A model generated the notes under the pieces. The model did no database searches, was not told the origin of the DNA, and saw nothing but the letters and a program-made list of their open reading frames with translations. A program made the position numbers and the translations under genes. From an uncultured Planctomycetaceae bacterium (lineage in GTDB: Bacteria > Planctomycetota > Planctomycetia > Pirellulales > PALSA-1355), in the NCBI GenBank assembly GCA_963785305.1, contig CAWAUV010000009.1:320001-384000 (forward strand): 64,000 nucleotides of DNA, read 5' to 3'. This document shows positions 17,353-29,402 of the stretch, in pieces (within the stretch, counting starts at the first letter, position 1; every line of letters starts with the position of its first letter).

Positions 17353-20040
17353 TCAATGGTTGAACACGAATTCCTTGCTGTTGAGCAGCACCCAGGCCAG
17401 GTCGCCCAGGGCGGTTTTCTTGTCGGGCGCCTGGGCGATATAGTTTGCCGCCTCGATCATTTCCGAGTCATCGGGCGAGCGGCTCAAGCTGGCCATGTAC
17501 AGTTCCTCGACCATCTCCCGCGGCGACTTGCCGCTCTTCAAAAGATGGCTTAGCCGTCCATCGGCCGCAGTCAACTTCTCTTGAATCTCGTTTGAATTCA
17601 TCAGATGCAAGGTTTGGGCCAGATTGGGAGCGTAGCTCCGCTCGCATTCGCAAGGCGTCTCGCGGCGCGACCGGCCAAACACATCGAGAAAATACGATCG
17701 CACTCCCTCATCCGGCAGTTCGATCGCCCGCACTCCCTTGGGCATGCCCGGATATTTCTCCGCCGCGCCGGTCACGCGGTCGACCGCGTCGGCCAAAACC
17801 TCGGCGGACATGCGGCGGGGGAAATAACGCGCGTAGTTGCGGCGGTCGGCGGCGTTGGTCTCGATCGGCGTCGAGCTCAGACCATACAATTCCGAGGTCA
17901 TCATGCGGCGCATCATGTGCTTGATGTCGAACTTGTGGGCAATGAAATCGTGCGAAAGATGATCGAGCAGTTCCGGATTGCTCGGCGGATTCGTCACCCG
18001 CATGTCATCGATCGCTTCGACGAGCCCCACTCCGAAGAAGTGGGCCCACAGGCGATTCGTCATTGCCGGGGCGAAGTAGGGATTGTCGGGCTCGGCGAGC
18101 CAGTCGGCAAGCAAGCGGCGCGGGTCTTCGCCATGCACGTATTCATATTCTGGTCCGCCCAACGGCTTGGGCTTCATGTTCTTGCCGGTGCGAGGCTGAT
18201 TGACGCCGCCGTCCTTGCGGACATAGATCGCGTTTTCACCGCTCACATCGCCCGGCTTGCTGCCCAGGCGGCCAAAGAACGCGGCCATGCCCCAGTAGTC
18301 GTCTTGGCTCCAACGCTCGTAGGGATGATGGTGGCAATTGGCGCAGTTGATGCGAGTGCCCATGAAGAGCTGCGCGGTGTCGTTCACCTGATGGACTTGA
18401 TTACGCGCCTCGCGATACCAGATTACCGCGGGATTGTCGCTTACCGTGCCTTGGGCGGTAAGAATCGTGGCCGCGAACTGATCGTAGGGCATATTCGACG
18501 CAAAGGCTTCGCGAATCCAAGCGGCGAAGGCAAAGGTGCCTCGCTTGGCCTGATCGCCGTTGCGCCGCTTGTTTCTCAACAGATCGCCCCAGATGTTGGC
18601 CCAGTAGCTGGCGTATTCATCGCGCTCGAGCAGTTTGTCGATCAGTCGGTCGCGCTTGTCGGACGCGCCATCGGCCAGAAAATCATGCACTTCCTCGGCC
18701 GTGGGCATGGTGCCGATCAGGTCGAGCGATGCCCGGCGAAGAAATTCCTGATCGCTCGCCCGCGCGCTGGGGGATATGCCGAGCTTACGCCACTTCTTGA
18801 GCGCGAGCTCGTCGATGGGCGAACGCGGATGAAAATTCGCATAGGCGGTCTCGGGCAGCAGACCGCCATCGGGCACCGTCAGCCGGGCGACGTCCACCAG
18901 GCCCATGTAACGGACCATGATCGTGCCTTCGCCCGTCGTGTCGAGCGTGCTGGCCAAGCCCGTGGGCGTGACGGCCATCAAGTCGGGCTGTTGGGCCTTG
19001 TACTCGGCCGAGGCGGTGATGTCGCGCGTCGAGTCGTCGGAGTAGGTCGCGACGACTCGCAGTTGCTGATGCGTTTGCCGCGGGAGAACGCGTTCGCGCG
19101 GCAGGGCTTCGATCTTCACGACATGGGGCGCGTCGATCTTGCCATAGGGCAGGCCCTGTTCGATCCAGCGGCGCAGGAGCCGCGCGGCTTCGCTATCGGC
19201 TTCGAATCGGCGTCCGCCGCCGTGAGGCGATTCGCCGGTCGGCTTCGAGATCAAGAGCGAGCGATCGGCTGCGGCCGGAAACACGCGGCGGCCGTGGGCC
19301 TGCTTCACGATGGCGTCGTAGTCGGCCACCGGGTCGAAGCCGAGCAGCGAAAGCGAAAAGCCGTTTTGCCCGCCTTGCTTGCCGTGGCAGCCGCCGGTGT
19401 TGCAGCCGAACTTGGTGAGCATCGGCACGACATCGTTGGCGAAGTGGATCGGCGCGTCGACGCCGAATTGTTCGACCTTGGCCTCGAAGTCGCCGGTGAT
19501 CGTGGGTCCCGTGTTCGAGGCGCCCGCATTTGGCGAGCCCGTGTTCGAGGCGCCCGTCCCGCTCGTGGCCAGTTTGGCGGGCGCCGATGTTGGAGGCGCC
19601 TCGCTTGAAACCACGCTGCGATCGCTCGCCATGGGAGGCGCCATTTGCTCGGCTGGCAACGCGCCTTCGGGCGTGAGCTCGACCAATGCGCGAATCACCG
19701 ACGCTCCGTCGGCCAGCGGTCGAATTTGCGAGCCTTGAATCGAGACCGTGGCCGGGCCAAGAAACTGGAACTCGGCCGCGCTCGTGACATCTTGGACGCT
19801 GCCGTCGGCCAGGTAAGCGGTCACCAACACTTGGGCGCGGTCGCCGGGACCATGTAGCACCAGCGGCGAGGGCTCGATACCGATGCGCATCACCTTGGGC
19901 GCGACGACCGGCGCGGCGTGCGCTGGAGCGTCCTCGGCGGCATGAACTTGCCGAGAAGAATTCGCCGCGAGGAAAGCGAGAGGCAACGCGACCGCACTCG
20001 CGCAGGCAAACGCGCGCGGCAAGAGTCGGGCGGGGCGCAT
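17353..20040 (-). CDS. DUF1549/DUF1553 protein with Ig-like domains
   Basis: FANDVVPML..GCNTGGCHG, FLRRASLDLIG, CANCHHHPYERW, NRLWAHFFG, ends EFVFNH. Confidence 0.9.
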   Translation of the reverse strand: MRPARLLPRAFACASAVALPLAFLAANSSRQVHAAEDAPAHAAPVVAPKVMRIGIEPSPLVLHGPGDRAQVLVTAYLADGSVQDVTSAAEFQFLGPATVSIQGSQIRPLADGASVIRALVELTPEGALPAEQMAPPMASDRSVVSSEAPPTSAPAKLATSGTGASNTGSPNAGASNTGPTITGDFEAKVEQFGVDAPIHFANDVVPMLTKFGCNTGGCHGKQGGQNGFSLSLLGFDPVADYDAIVKQAHGRRVFPAAADRSLLISKPTGESPHGGGRRFEADSEAARLLRRWIEQGLPYGKIDAPHVVKIEALPRERVLPRQTHQQLRVVATYSDDSTRDITASAEYKAQQPDLMAVTPTGLASTLDTTGEGTIMVRYMGLVDVARLTVPDGGLLPETAYANFHPRSPIDELALKKWRKLGISPSARASDQEFLRRASLDLIGTMPTAEEVHDFLADGASDKRDRLIDKLLERDEYASYWANIWGDLLRNKRRNGDQAKRGTFAFAAWIREAFASNMPYDQFAATILTAQGTVSDNPAVIWYREARNQVHQVNDTAQLFMGTRINCANCHHHPYERWSQDDYWGMAAFFGRLGSKPGDVSGENAIYVRKDGGVNQPRTGKNMKPKPLGGPEYEYVHGEDPRRLLADWLAEPDNPYFAPAMTNRLWAHFFGVGLVEAIDDMRVTNPPSNPELLDHLSHDFIAHKFDIKHMMRRMMTSELYGLSSTPIETNAADRRNYARYFPRRMSAEVLADAVDRVTGAAEKYPGMPKGVRAIELPDEGVRSYFLDVFGRSRRETPCECERSYAPNLAQTLHLMNSNEIQEKLTAADGRLSHLLKSGKSPREMVEELYMASLSRSPDDSEMIEAANYIAQAPDKKTALGDLAWVLLNSKEFVFNH

Positions 20041-20359
20041 ACCAAAACTCCTGGCCGGAGACTCGAATGGCAGCGAAACGGGGTGGGGGGCAAGCGTTCA
20101 CCGACTCAACGGGGCCGGACGACGGCTATTGACGCTGGCGATTGTTGACGCGTGCCTGAACGTTCTAGCGGTGGGACATCGACGCCGCTCCTCCAACGCC
20201 GCGACCGAACCTGCTCGCTATTCTACACATCGGCCGCCAGCGGAGCGGAGCTTTGTACGCCTTTATTGATAGCAGAAATCTCTTTCGCGTCAATCGTTTT
20301 TTTCCAAGAACGAATAAGAAACGTTCAAGTTTGGTGGTCTCCCGGGCCAAGAACGGCTC

Positions 20360-21331
20360 TCAGGGCGTGGCGAAGTAGTATCGAGTGAGGTGGAAAAACA
20401 CCGGCGCGGCGAAGCAAATCGAGTCGATCCGGTCGAGCACTCCGCCGTGACCCACGACCAGCGTGCCGTAGTCTTTCACGCCGCGATCGCGTTTGATGGC
20501 CGACATGGTCATGCCGCCGGCGAATCCCATGACGGAAATCACGAGCGACATGCCGGCCGCTTCCCAAGGCTCGAACGGCGTGGCCCACCAAAGCGCCGCG
20601 CCGAGCAAGGTGGCGCTCGCCGCGCCGCCGACAAAGCCTTCCCAGGTCTTATTGTGGCTGATTGCCGGCGCGATCAGGCTGCGGCCCAAGAGGCGGCCCC
20701 AGGCATATTGCAACGCGTCGTTGAGCTGCACGATCAGCACGAAGAAAAAGAGCAGCCGCGCATTGGCGCTGTGCCCAAATACACCCGGCGAACTGTAGCC
20801 GGGTATATTGAGGCTCAAAAGAGCCGGCGCGTGGCTCGGGCAATAGACGCACACCATGAGCCCGGCCTGGATTTTGGCGGTTCGTTCGAGAAATCGCTTG
20901 TAGTCGCCGGAGAGCGCGACCCGGGCGGGTATGAAGAGAAACGCGTAGACCGGAATCAGAATGCTATAGAGGCCGTAGATATTCCGCCCCACGAGCACAT
21001 ATTGCAGCGGAGTGAACAGCACGAACACCCAAAACAGCGTGCGATGGTCGCCAAGCCGGGTGGGGGTGAGGGTGATGAACTCGCGGAGAGCCCAAAACGA
21101 GATCAGGCCGAAGATCACGACCGTGGCCACATGCGATGCCGGCCCCAGAAAAAAAGCCGCCGCGAGCACGGTACACATCAGCCACCAGGCGCGGACGCGG
21201 GAATTAAACGTCTCGACGACCGCGGGGTTCAGTCCGGTGTCGGGAGCGCGTTTGAGAAACTGGCCAATCGTGGTGGCAGTGGCCAAAATGGCCAACACGC
21301 CTCCGACGAGTCCCAGTGTTTTGAAGTCCAT
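20360..21331 (-). CDS. Phosphatidate cytidylyltransferase (CdsA family)
   Basis: Multi-TM; SHNKTWEGF, SAIKRDRGVKDYG..VGHGGVLDRIDS. Confidence 0.88.
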   Translation of the reverse strand: MDFKTLGLVGGVLAILATATTIGQFLKRAPDTGLNPAVVETFNSRVRAWWLMCTVLAAAFFLGPASHVATVVIFGLISFWALREFITLTPTRLGDHRTLFWVFVLFTPLQYVLVGRNIYGLYSILIPVYAFLFIPARVALSGDYKRFLERTAKIQAGLMVCVYCPSHAPALLSLNIPGYSSPGVFGHSANARLLFFFVLIVQLNDALQYAWGRLLGRSLIAPAISHNKTWEGFVGGAASATLLGAALWWATPFEPWEAAGMSLVISVMGFAGGMTMSAIKRDRGVKDYGTLVVGHGGVLDRIDSICFAAPVFFHLTRYYFATP

Positions 21332-22002
21332 GAAAATCGAGTCCCGCGATCGGCGCCGGGCGAGACCTCGACGATCGACAACCTTCCCGCCCCCTGAAGG
21401 GCGCCATTGTAATGTCCGCCCCAAGGACATGCGAGAGACTTCGGCGCCGAACCCGGGCGAGAGCCGCGTGACCGACCCACGGCGCCCGCCCCCTCGCGGC
21501 CTCGGCCGGGCAAAGTAGGTCGCGGCCTCGTCTCCGGAGGCGGATTGCATATCCCCCCAAACGAAGTCTCGCCTTGCTCAAGGAAATTTCCTAGGATACT
21601 CTGTTAGCAACGGATTAAGAATAACTGCCTTGCGCCCCCCGTGCCCTCCCCCCTCGCTTTGCCGGGGAGGCGAAGCGGTGGCGGGCAATGTCATTTTTAG
21701 TCGGTTTCCAGAGCTTATCTTTGCACGGCGCCTCGCAGACCGCCGCCCACGGGGTTCTTGTCATTCGCGCTTGGTTCGAAGCCTATTCCGGGGCTGTTTG
21801 TCTGGTGACGGGTTCTTGATTCAATTCGGTTCATAAAAATTTTCCGCGCCCATGGAATTTCGTGGCGGCGCTTTGCGCATTGCAACGCGCGAGGCGGACG
21901 CCGAAGCGTTTGGCCGCGCGCCATGCGATCACGCATGGACCGGCGCGCGACGAACTCGATGTCGCGCGAAGCCCAAGGCCACAACACCGGGGAGTCCTGC
22001 CC

Positions 22003-23004
22003 ATGACTCGGTCGTTTGACGGATATGCTCGCTCACGCCGACGCGATCGCCTGGCGTTCACGCTCGTCGAGCTCTTGGTCGTGATTGCGATTATCGGGGT
22101 GCTCATCGCGCTTTTGTTGCCGGCCGTGCAGGCGGTGCGCGAGTCGGCCCGGCGAAATAGTTGCATCAACAATCTCAAGCAAATGGGTTTGGCGGCGCTG
22201 AACTACAACGATGCCCGCAAGACGCTGCCGCCTGGCGGCTGGGGTTGGGATTGGGATGGCGACCCTGACCTAAACGGAGTGAATCAGCCGGGCGGATGGT
22301 CCTATTCGATCCTCGCTTTTTCCGAAGAGAATTCACTCGTGATGTTGGGCTCCAAGCAATCGGCCGCGGGAAAGGCCGCGGCCAACGCGACCTTAAACAG
22401 CACGCCGCTGCCACTCTATTACTGTCCCTCGCGGCGCACCGCCAACGCCTATCCCAATGTTCTCGGCAGCCAATATGTAGCCAACAACTGCAATCCACTG
22501 GCGACCGTCGCCAAAATCGATTACGCCGCCAACGCCGGGGACAGCGGCACGAATCAGACCGATGGCGGACCGAGCTCGATCGCCGCCGCGGCCACCTATG
22601 GCTGGGCCAACACATCGACAATGACCGGCGTCTGCTTCCTGCGGAGCACGGTCCGACTCGCCGATATCACCGATGGCACGAGTAAAACGTATCTGTTCGG
22701 CGAAAAATATTTATGCCCCGACAATTACACCAATGGCTCCGATGGCGGCGACAATGAAGACGCTTTCACCGGTTGGGACAACGACGTATACCGCTGCACC
22801 AATTCGGCCAATCCGCCGTTCCAGGACACGCTCGGTAATTGCCAACAGGTGAACTTCGGCTCGGCGCATCCCGCCAGCTTCAACATGGTGTTCTGCGATG
22901 GCGGCGTGCGCGGTATTCCCTTTGAAATCGATCCGAATACGCATGATTATCTGGGCAATCGCAAGGACAATCAGGTTGTCGACGTGGGCCAGTACTCGAA
23001 TTGA
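22003..23004 (+). CDS. DUF1559 prepilin-type N-terminal cleavage protein
   Basis: [57 protein letters not shown]. Confidence 0.92.
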   Translation: MTRSFDGYARSRRRDRLAFTLVELLVVIAIIGVLIALLLPAVQAVRESARRNSCINNLKQMGLAALNYNDARKTLPPGGWGWDWDGDPDLNGVNQPGGWSYSILAFSEENSLVMLGSKQSAAGKAAANATLNSTPLPLYYCPSRRTANAYPNVLGSQYVANNCNPLATVAKIDYAANAGDSGTNQTDGGPSSIAAAATYGWANTSTMTGVCFLRSTVRLADITDGTSKTYLFGEKYLCPDNYTNGSDGGDNEDAFTGWDNDVYRCTNSANPPFQDTLGNCQQVNFGSAHPASFNMVFCDGGVRGIPFEIDPNTHDYLGNRKDNQVVDVGQYSN

Positions 23005-23201
23005 GCCGGTCGGGCCGCCGCTTGCACAACGCGGTCCCGCCCTTTGACACCGGCCCCGGGCGAGGATAGGTTCGAGCGTTGCGGCGGCCGATGCTTCACC
23101 GTGCGCCGAGCGACTTTTTCGCTTCGCGCCGAGAGATTCGAAACATCGCGTGGAGAGGGCCCGCCCGCGCATTCCCACTTTTTTTCGCACGGAGAACCTC
23201 C

Positions 23202-23771
23202 ATGGAACGTTGGACATTGGCTTGCAGTTGTTTTGCCCTCGTGGCTCTGGCCGCCGCGAGCTCGCGGGCCGCGACCCCGTCGTCGCCGCTCGATTTTCAT
23301 GTCAAGAGCATCACCGGCCAAGATGTCGATCTCTCGCAGTACAAGGGCAAGGTCGTGCTGGTGGTGAATGTGGCCAGCAAATGCGGCAACACCAAGCAGT
23401 ACACGCCGCTCGAGAAGATGTACACGGACCTCAAGGATAAAGGCTTCGTCGTACTCGGATTTCCGGCCAATGAGTTCGGAAAGCAAGAGCCGGGCTCGAA
23501 TGAAGACGTTTTGAAATTCTGCACCGAGACCTACAAAGTCGACTTCCCGATGTTCGCCAAGAGCGTGGTCAAGGGCGACGGCATCTCGCCGCTCTACGCG
23601 TACCTGACCGATGCGACGACCGACCCAGGGTTCGCCGGCCCGATCACTTGGAACTTCGAGAAGTTCCTCATCGGCCGCGACGGGAAAGTCGTCGCCCGCT
23701 TCAAGCCGAAGACATCGCCCGATTCGCCCGAGGTGATGCAGGCCATCGAGACCGAACTGGCCAAGAAGTAA
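23202..23771 (+). CDS. Glutathione peroxidase with signal peptide
   Basis: VNVASKCG, LGFPANEFGKQEPG, WNFEKFL; GGAG RBS. Confidence 0.92.
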   Translation: MERWTLACSCFALVALAAASSRAATPSSPLDFHVKSITGQDVDLSQYKGKVVLVVNVASKCGNTKQYTPLEKMYTDLKDKGFVVLGFPANEFGKQEPGSNEDVLKFCTETYKVDFPMFAKSVVKGDGISPLYAYLTDATTDPGFAGPITWNFEKFLIGRDGKVVARFKPKTSPDSPEVMQAIETELAKK

Positions 23772-23956
23772 CCGAGCCCGCGCAATCGTGAGCTTCGCCG
23801 CGAGCCCGCTGGCCGCGTTTTTCCGCGTTCGCGTGGAGACGCGACCTCGGGCTCGTTGGCATTGCCGCCACGGCGCTGGGGCCGATCTCCCGCTCAAGCC
23901 GCGACGAGCTTTGCTCGGCGCTTGGCAATGTTGTCGGCCCGCCCCGCCGAGTTTCT

Positions 23957-24997
23957 TTACTTGCCGATCTGACGCTTGAAGGTCACGATCGCGTCGCGCA
24001 GCTCCTCGGGTCCATGGCGCACCACATCACACACAGGCAACGCCAACTCGCGTCGCAATTGTTCTCGCGCGGCGTCGGCCTCTTCGGGCGACGATCGGCT
24101 CGTGTTCATCGCCACCCCGATCACGCGGCAAGGGTGCATAACATTGGCCATGATTTCATTGAGCCGCAGCGCGTCTTTTAGGGGCGGCAGCGGAATATGC
24201 GGCATGCCGCGCACATGGGTCCTGCCCAGTTCCATGCAAAAAATCAGGCCATCGGGCATCACGCCATGCAATAGTCCGGTGGTCACGGCGGAAAACCGGG
24301 GATGGGTCACGCTGCCTTGGCCCTCGATCACCAGAATCGCGTGGCGCTGGTTGGCGAGCACCAGTTTCTCGGCGGCGCCGTTGACGAAATCGGCCACCAC
24401 GCAGTCGATCGGGCAGCCATCGCCCTCGACCAAAATTCCGGTTTGCCCGGTGGCGACGAACTTGGCGTCGTGGCCGGCGGCCTGGAGCGACCGCGCGAGC
24501 TCGACGCTGGTGAGCATCTTGCCGATGCTGCAATCGTGTCCCACGGTGTGGATGCGCAGGCAGCGCTCGTCGATGTCGCGGCGCTGGGCGAGGTCGCGTT
24601 CGGAGTTGCGACGAATATCGCGCAGCTGACCGCCGCCGCGCTGGGCCGCGGCGGCGAACTCGACGTCGTCGGATAGGAACTCGTGCATGCCCGATTCGAC
24701 ATTCCACCCTCGCTCGAGCGCCGCGAGAATCTGGGCTCGCATCACTCCCGGAATTCGCCCGCCAGGCATCGCAATGCCAATGACGAGCGTGTTGGCGGTA
24801 GGCGCTTCGGCCACGCTTCCCACGACCGGAATCTCGCCGCCGACGCCCCAAAGCGACTGGGCCGTTTGGCCGCGGGACGTGGAATCGAGCACCGCCACGA
24901 CCTGCTCCGGCCGGTAACGCACTAGGCACACCGCCGTCTTGGCGCTCAAGGGGTCGCTTTGGCCTTCGGTGAGAACGAGCAATCGGCGAGCTTGCAT
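23957..24997 (-). CDS. DUF1611 domain P-loop protein
   Basis: AKTAVCLVRY, GHDCSIGKM, ATGQTGI, IEGQGS. Confidence 0.85.
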   Translation of the reverse strand: MQARRLLVLTEGQSDPLSAKTAVCLVRYRPEQVVAVLDSTSRGQTAQSLWGVGGEIPVVGSVAEAPTANTLVIGIAMPGGRIPGVMRAQILAALERGWNVESGMHEFLSDDVEFAAAAQRGGGQLRDIRRNSERDLAQRRDIDERCLRIHTVGHDCSIGKMLTSVELARSLQAAGHDAKFVATGQTGILVEGDGCPIDCVVADFVNGAAEKLVLANQRHAILVIEGQGSVTHPRFSAVTTGLLHGVMPDGLIFCMELGRTHVRGMPHIPLPPLKDALRLNEIMANVMHPCRVIGVAMNTSRSSPEEADAAREQLRRELALPVCDVVRHGPEELRDAIVTFKRQIGK

Positions 24998-25001
24998 GCG
25001 A

Positions 25002-26612
25002 TTAACTTTCAGCATCGAGAGCCGAGCGGCGCGCGGCGTCGACATTGTGCGCGTCGGCGGCGTAGCGGGCCAGATAGCCGCGCACTTGCAGCTTGCGGGC
25101 CGTGTTTTCCGAGGTCATGTAACGAACCTTGCCAAAAATCGGCCGCTCGGGGCCCCAGGCGCGATCGTAGCGCCCCAGCACCCAAAAGATGCCGGAATAC
25201 GAATTCGGATCGCGGCCATCGACGGCATATTTGTTGTTCAGTTCGATCATCGCGGCCAGGGCCTCCCGGGGCGAGGGCGACCATTCGAGTATCTTCTTGC
25301 CCCAGAGCATGCGCAAATAATTATGCATGCGACCCTCGCGCGTCAATTGCCGCTGGGCCGCGTTCCACAGCGGATCATGGGTCGCCGCCGACTCCAATCG
25401 CGAGATCATAAACCACCGGCCGCGGGTCGCGGGCATGCTGCGCCAGCGTCGTTCGCGCCCATTCCGGAAGCGATTCGTATTGATCGAAGTCGGGCGCATG
25501 CGCGCACATATTGTATCCCACTTTGCGCCAGGTGATGAGCTCGTCTAAAAACGCCTCGGCCGCGGCGTCGCGCCCCACCAGCCCTCGCGGCTGCCGGTCG
25601 GTCGCGGGGCGAGTTTCTCGGGCGTCCAACGCTCCGCGCGCATGAGAACATCGAACACCTGATGTGCGCTCACGTGTCCAAAGTGCAGATACGGCGATAG
25701 TCCGCTCGAGGCATCGGCGTCGGGCTCGTTGCGCTCCGTGGCATAGGCCGGCAATTGCTGGCGGAGAAATGCGCGCATGCGCCTCTCACCGGCCACCGCT
25801 CCGCCGTCGAAAGCGGCCCGCGAGATCGTTTGCTCGATCGGCAGAGCGCGAAGCAGTGTGTCGACATCGACCTCGGTCGGCGGTTGTTTCGATGTCGCCG
25901 AGCCGGATTGCAAACGAGGAGCATCGAAAGCCGGCGGCCATTGTTGGATTATTTCGCGATCGATCACAGCCGGTTGGGGCGACCGGCCAGCGACGCTCGC
26001 GAGTTCCGAGAGCGGATCGGCCAGCGGCGGCTCGGCCAGATGCGTGGGGAGCGATTTTTGCAGGAAGCGGCGAAACGCATGAGCCAGGGGAAAACAATGG
26101 TCGGCGGCTCTCGACGGCAAGAGGCCATTGGAGTCGACCGCTTCGAGGCGCACATCGAGTTGCTTGCCGGCGGCGGCGAGCATGTGCGGCAGAAAAAACG
26201 CGGGAAAGTCATCGGTCACGACCACGCACGCCTGACGCCCGAGCGCGGCGAGTAGTCCCCGACCCGCGCCGTGACGCGGCTCGACATGGGGATAGTACAT
26301 CACGCCGTGTCGCGCGAATGCCGCGCGATTGTCGAGCATGCCCTCGACGACAAAATGATGCAGTCGCTGGCTGGCCCAGGGATAGTCGGAGCGGAGCGGC
26401 TCGAACACAACGAGCGGGCGGCGGAGCAGGGCCGCATGCCAGGCGGCGTGTTGCAGGCCGTAGTTCCACGTCGCGCGCCGCGAGGCGACCATCCAGTACA
26501 GCACATAGCGCCCCGCGGCGTTGATGGGCCGCGCATTGACGGCCCGCCGCCGGAGCGGTGGTATTTCGAGCCTGCCAACGTGTTTGTCGAGGACCTTGGC
26601 GTGGGTGGGCAT
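25002..26612 (-). CDS. Deoxyribodipyrimidine photolyase, class II-like (frameshifts near 25555 and 25400)
   Basis: VLYWM, SGLSPYLHFG, FLDELITWR, GRMHNYLRMLWGKKILEW, YAVDGRDPNSYSG, RPIFGKVRYM. Confidence 0.88.
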
Positions 26613-26623
26613 ATGAATCGAAG

Positions 26624-27538
26624 CTAGTCGCTCTTTCGAGGCGGGGCGTTGCCGTCGGCGAGCAGTCGACGGAGCGCGTCGGCAAGTTGGGCGTCTTGAA
26701 AATGATAGCCGCTTTGTTGCAACTTGCGAGGGATGACGCGCGCGCTGGCCAAGACCGCATCGCACATTTCGCCGAGCGCCAGGCGAATCGCCACCGCGGG
26801 AGTGGGAAGCAACGTGGGCCGGCCGAGCACCGCGCCGAGCGTTCCCGTAAGTTCGATGTTCGTTACCGGGTTGGGCGCCACGATGTTGACCGGCCCGGAA
26901 AGCGACGGCGTGGAGATCGCATGCAAAATCGCCCCCACCACGTCGGGCAGCGCGATCCAACTGACATACTGCATCCCGCTACCCAGCCTCCCGCCGAGTC
27001 CGAGCCGAAAGGGAATGAGCATCTGTCGCAGGGCCCCGCCGGCCGGACTCAGCACGATGCCGAAGCGAAAATTCACGACCCGAATCCCCGCCTCGACCGC
27101 GGGCGCAGTGGCCGCTTCCCAGGCTTGGCAGACTTCGGCCAGGAACCCGCTCCCGGCGGAGCTTGTTTCATCGAGCACCTGATTGCCGCGGTCGCCGTAG
27201 AACCCGATCGCCGACGCGCAAATCATCACGCTCGGCCGCTCACGAGCCGCGGCCAGCGCGCGACAAAGCAGATCGGTCCCGCGGACGCGACTCTCGCGGA
27301 TGCGCGACTTCTTTTTCGCGGTCCAGCGAGGTCCAAAGACCGGTTCGCCAGCCAAATGCACCACCGCGTTGCAACCCCCGAGCGACGCGGGATCCAGTCG
27401 GTCGGCAAGCGGATCCCAAGCGATTTGATTCGCGGTCTTGGGATGCCGTGTCAACCGCATGACGCGATCGGAGGGGCTCAATGATGCGATCAAACTCGAA
27501 CCGATCAGTCCCGAAGCGCCAGAGACGAGCATGTTCAT
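26624..27538 (-). CDS. TIGR01777-family NAD-dependent epimerase/oxidoreductase
   Basis: VSGASGLIG, HLAGE, SAIGFYGD, GFLAEVCQAWE, GLGGRLGSG. Confidence 0.9.
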   Translation of the reverse strand: MNMLVSGASGLIGSSLIASLSPSDRVMRLTRHPKTANQIAWDPLADRLDPASLGGCNAVVHLAGEPVFGPRWTAKKKSRIRESRVRGTDLLCRALAAARERPSVMICASAIGFYGDRGNQVLDETSSAGSGFLAEVCQAWEAATAPAVEAGIRVVNFRFGIVLSPAGGALRQMLIPFRLGLGGRLGSGMQYVSWIALPDVVGAILHAISTPSLSGPVNIVAPNPVTNIELTGTLGAVLGRPTLLPTPAVAIRLALGEMCDAVLASARVIPRKLQQSGYHFQDAQLADALRRLLADGNAPPRKSD

Positions 27539-28137
27539 GGGGGATTATCCACGTGGTGACTAAAGGACGCGGACCGCTGCCGATAGTGCCGAACCGGCAC
27601 GCGCCGACCAACGAGTTGAAATCCAAGCCATTTGCGTGAATCCGAACCGACCGCAATCCGAGCAGTTGACGTTGTTTTCCACCCCGCGGACCTAAATCGT
27701 GATACGGCGGCGCTTAGCGATATGCAACAACCGGACCCTTTGCCGTGTTTTTTGACACTTTCAACTATCCCTCCGACTTGGTGGCGCGTTTTTGCGACGT
27801 GCTCGCTGCTCGAACGACGCGCGGCCTCGATCCACAAGCGCGAGACGTTCGGCGGGCCGACGGGAACGCGCGGCGTGGCGCTGCTGTTTTATCGGGAAAA
27901 ATGGGCACGATCCTTACATTGCGCTCGTTCGCCCGAATGTCGCATGAAGTCAACATCGAATTTGACTTTCGTGGCGCCAGGGCTACACTTCGGCATGGGT
28001 TCTCCTCCCGAAAAACAATTGAAAAACATCCCGAAAAGTCCTCCGAGTCGTTCGCGGCGCGAGCGGGGCTTTCCTTATTTTTTCAACGACTTTCCGATGT
28101 CGGCTCGTCCCCATTGGCGGTCGGTGGAGCATGTGTC

Positions 28138-29125
28138 ATGAAAGGTTTCTGGTTGTTTACGGCGGCCGTCGTGATGTGCGCCTCCGCGCATGCCGAACCC
28201 TGGGCCGACAAGATGTTCAAGGACACCAGCCATGATTTCGGGCCGGTTCCTCGCGGCGAAGATCGAATATCGCTTCGTGCTGAAGAATCTCTACAAGGAA
28301 GAAGTGCATATCGCCGGCGTTCGCTCGAGTTGCGGCTGCACCTCGCCGAGCATCGAGAAAGACACGCTCAAGACCTATGAGCAGGGCGCGATCATCGCCC
28401 AGTTCAACACCCACGCATTTCTCGGCCAACATGGCGCTCATTTGACCGTCACGATCGATAGGCCCGCCCATGCCGAAGTGCAGCTCGAGGTGAAGGGCTA
28501 CATCCGCACCGATGTCGTGGTCGATCCGGGCCTCGCCAATTTCGAGAATGTCGACCAGGGATCGAAGGCCGATCGCAGAATCTCGATCGAATACGCCGGC
28601 GCCGCCGACTGGAGGATTCTCGACGTGAAGCCGAGCGCTCCCTATGTCGGCTACAGCGTGAAAGAGACGCATCGGTCGCCCGGTCGCGTGGGATACGAGC
28701 TCGATGTCCAATTGGCCGACAACGCCCCGGCCGGCTATTTGCGGGACCAATTGGTGCTTGTGACCAATGACCCGCGAACTCCCGAACTGCCGATCCTGGT
28801 CGAAGGCCGCGTGACACCCGAGCTCACGGTAAGCCCCTCGCCGGTGACGCTGGGGCTGGTGCAGCCCGGCCAAGTGGTGACCAAGCAGCTCGTGATTCGA
28901 GCCAAGCGGCCGTTTCAAGTGACGGGACTCGATGCCGGCGGCGATGATATTACATTCAAAGCGCCCAGCGGCTCGCAAGCGGTGCATATCGTGCCCATGA
29001 CCTTCACCGCCGGAGCGCAGCCGGGCAAGATTGCGCGGCGGATTCATGTGCAAACCGATCTGGGCGGTCAATCGGCCGATGTGCAAGTGCTCGGCGAAGT
29101 CGCCGCGCCGCTCGCGGGCAAATAG
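28138..29125 (+). CDS. DUF1573 domain protein (frameshift near 28255)
   Basis: Signal peptide, WADKMFKDTSHDFG then VRSSCGCT in the next frame. Confidence 0.85.
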
Positions 29126-29402
29126 TCGGCGCGAGGCTCTCGATCCGAGTGGCGACCCGCAAGTAATGCGGCCGCCCTCGCCCACATCGCGTGAAATTAG
29201 GCAACGCCGGCGAACTGTTTCGCCGGCGTTGCTTTTTGCGCTCGCGGCAACCGGACCCGGCTGTGCCGGTTGCAGCGGTCGAGCCTAAATTCGACGCGTC
29301 GGCCTTGTATAGCGGTCGATCCAAGATTGGCGGCTCGTCCGGAGCGGGCCGCGATCGAGCGGCAGGCGACCATTCTCGTTTCCAGCGGCAAGGAGGCCGT
29401 GG

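Noticed and set aside
19508..19560. Short direct repeat encoding GASNTG twice
   Set aside because: Low-complexity linker duplication within the DUF1549 protein.
13429..19608. Long + strand ORFs (792, 302, 310, 667 aa)
   Set aside because: Antisense shadows of the PPC/DUF1501/DUF1549 genes, expected in high-GC DNA.
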